The position numbers were made by a program, and so were the translations under genes. A DNA stretch of 50,694 nucleotides from an uncultured Bifidobacteriaceae bacterium. Its GTDB lineage: Bacteria > Actinomycetota > Actinomycetes > S36-B12. Positions 50,675 through 50,694 of this stretch are shown piece after piece. The stretch is taken from positions 1 to 50,694 of the forward strand of contig CAZKFI010000002.1 of the NCBI GenBank assembly GCA_964551975.1, given 5' to 3'. The notes under the pieces are model-generated. The model searched no databases. It saw nothing but the letters and a program-made list of their open reading frames with translations, and had not been told where the DNA came from. Every line of letters begins with the position of its first letter. Positions within the stretch are counted from its first letter, which is position 1.

Positions 50675-50694
50675 CGCAATCGGATTGGTACACA

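Overview
This is a densely packed, visibly high-GC stretch of core chromosome from an actinobacterium; about 50 genes, mostly on the minus strand. I judged the lineage from protein signatures and from gene order that, as I remember it, runs collinear with M. tuberculosis Rv0558 down to Rv0495c.

Left to right:
- Start of the complex I operon (nuoA-B-C, first codons of nuoD), with a near-consensus Rex operator upstream of nuoA.
- A complete menaquinone set (menG, F, D, C, B, E, A).
- System II cytochrome c maturation (resA-like, ccdA, resB, ccsA).
- rex followed by a fused cobA/hemD.
- A fatty-acid/lipid block (acyl-CoA synthetase, HAD-IB, acyltransferase, epimerase).
- The tiny ribosomal protein bS22, absent from the ORF track, with its partner HTH gene.
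- An overlap-coupled operon containing proC.
- A ppx / P-type ATPase pair.
- radA, mutY, clpC1, ppc, a mobA-like gene, mazG and mfd.

I saw no rRNA, tRNA, CRISPR array, transposase, integrase, prophage or recognisable defence system, and I cannot point to a convincing new 'system'.

The best candidates for a second look:
1. A five-gene chain joined by 4-nt start/stop overlaps: TIM-barrel, an HTH-less TetR-C-like protein, a proline-dehydrogenase-fold protein lacking the substrate-binding Arg-Arg, ProC, and an HDAC-type deacetylase.
2. A 538-aa multidomain GNAT protein translationally coupled to menD.
3. rex-cobA/hemD without hemA, hemC, hemB or hemL.
4. radA without disA.

All functions come from motif recognition by eye. 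Several start codons are ambiguous. Every synteny statement is from memory and needs a database check.
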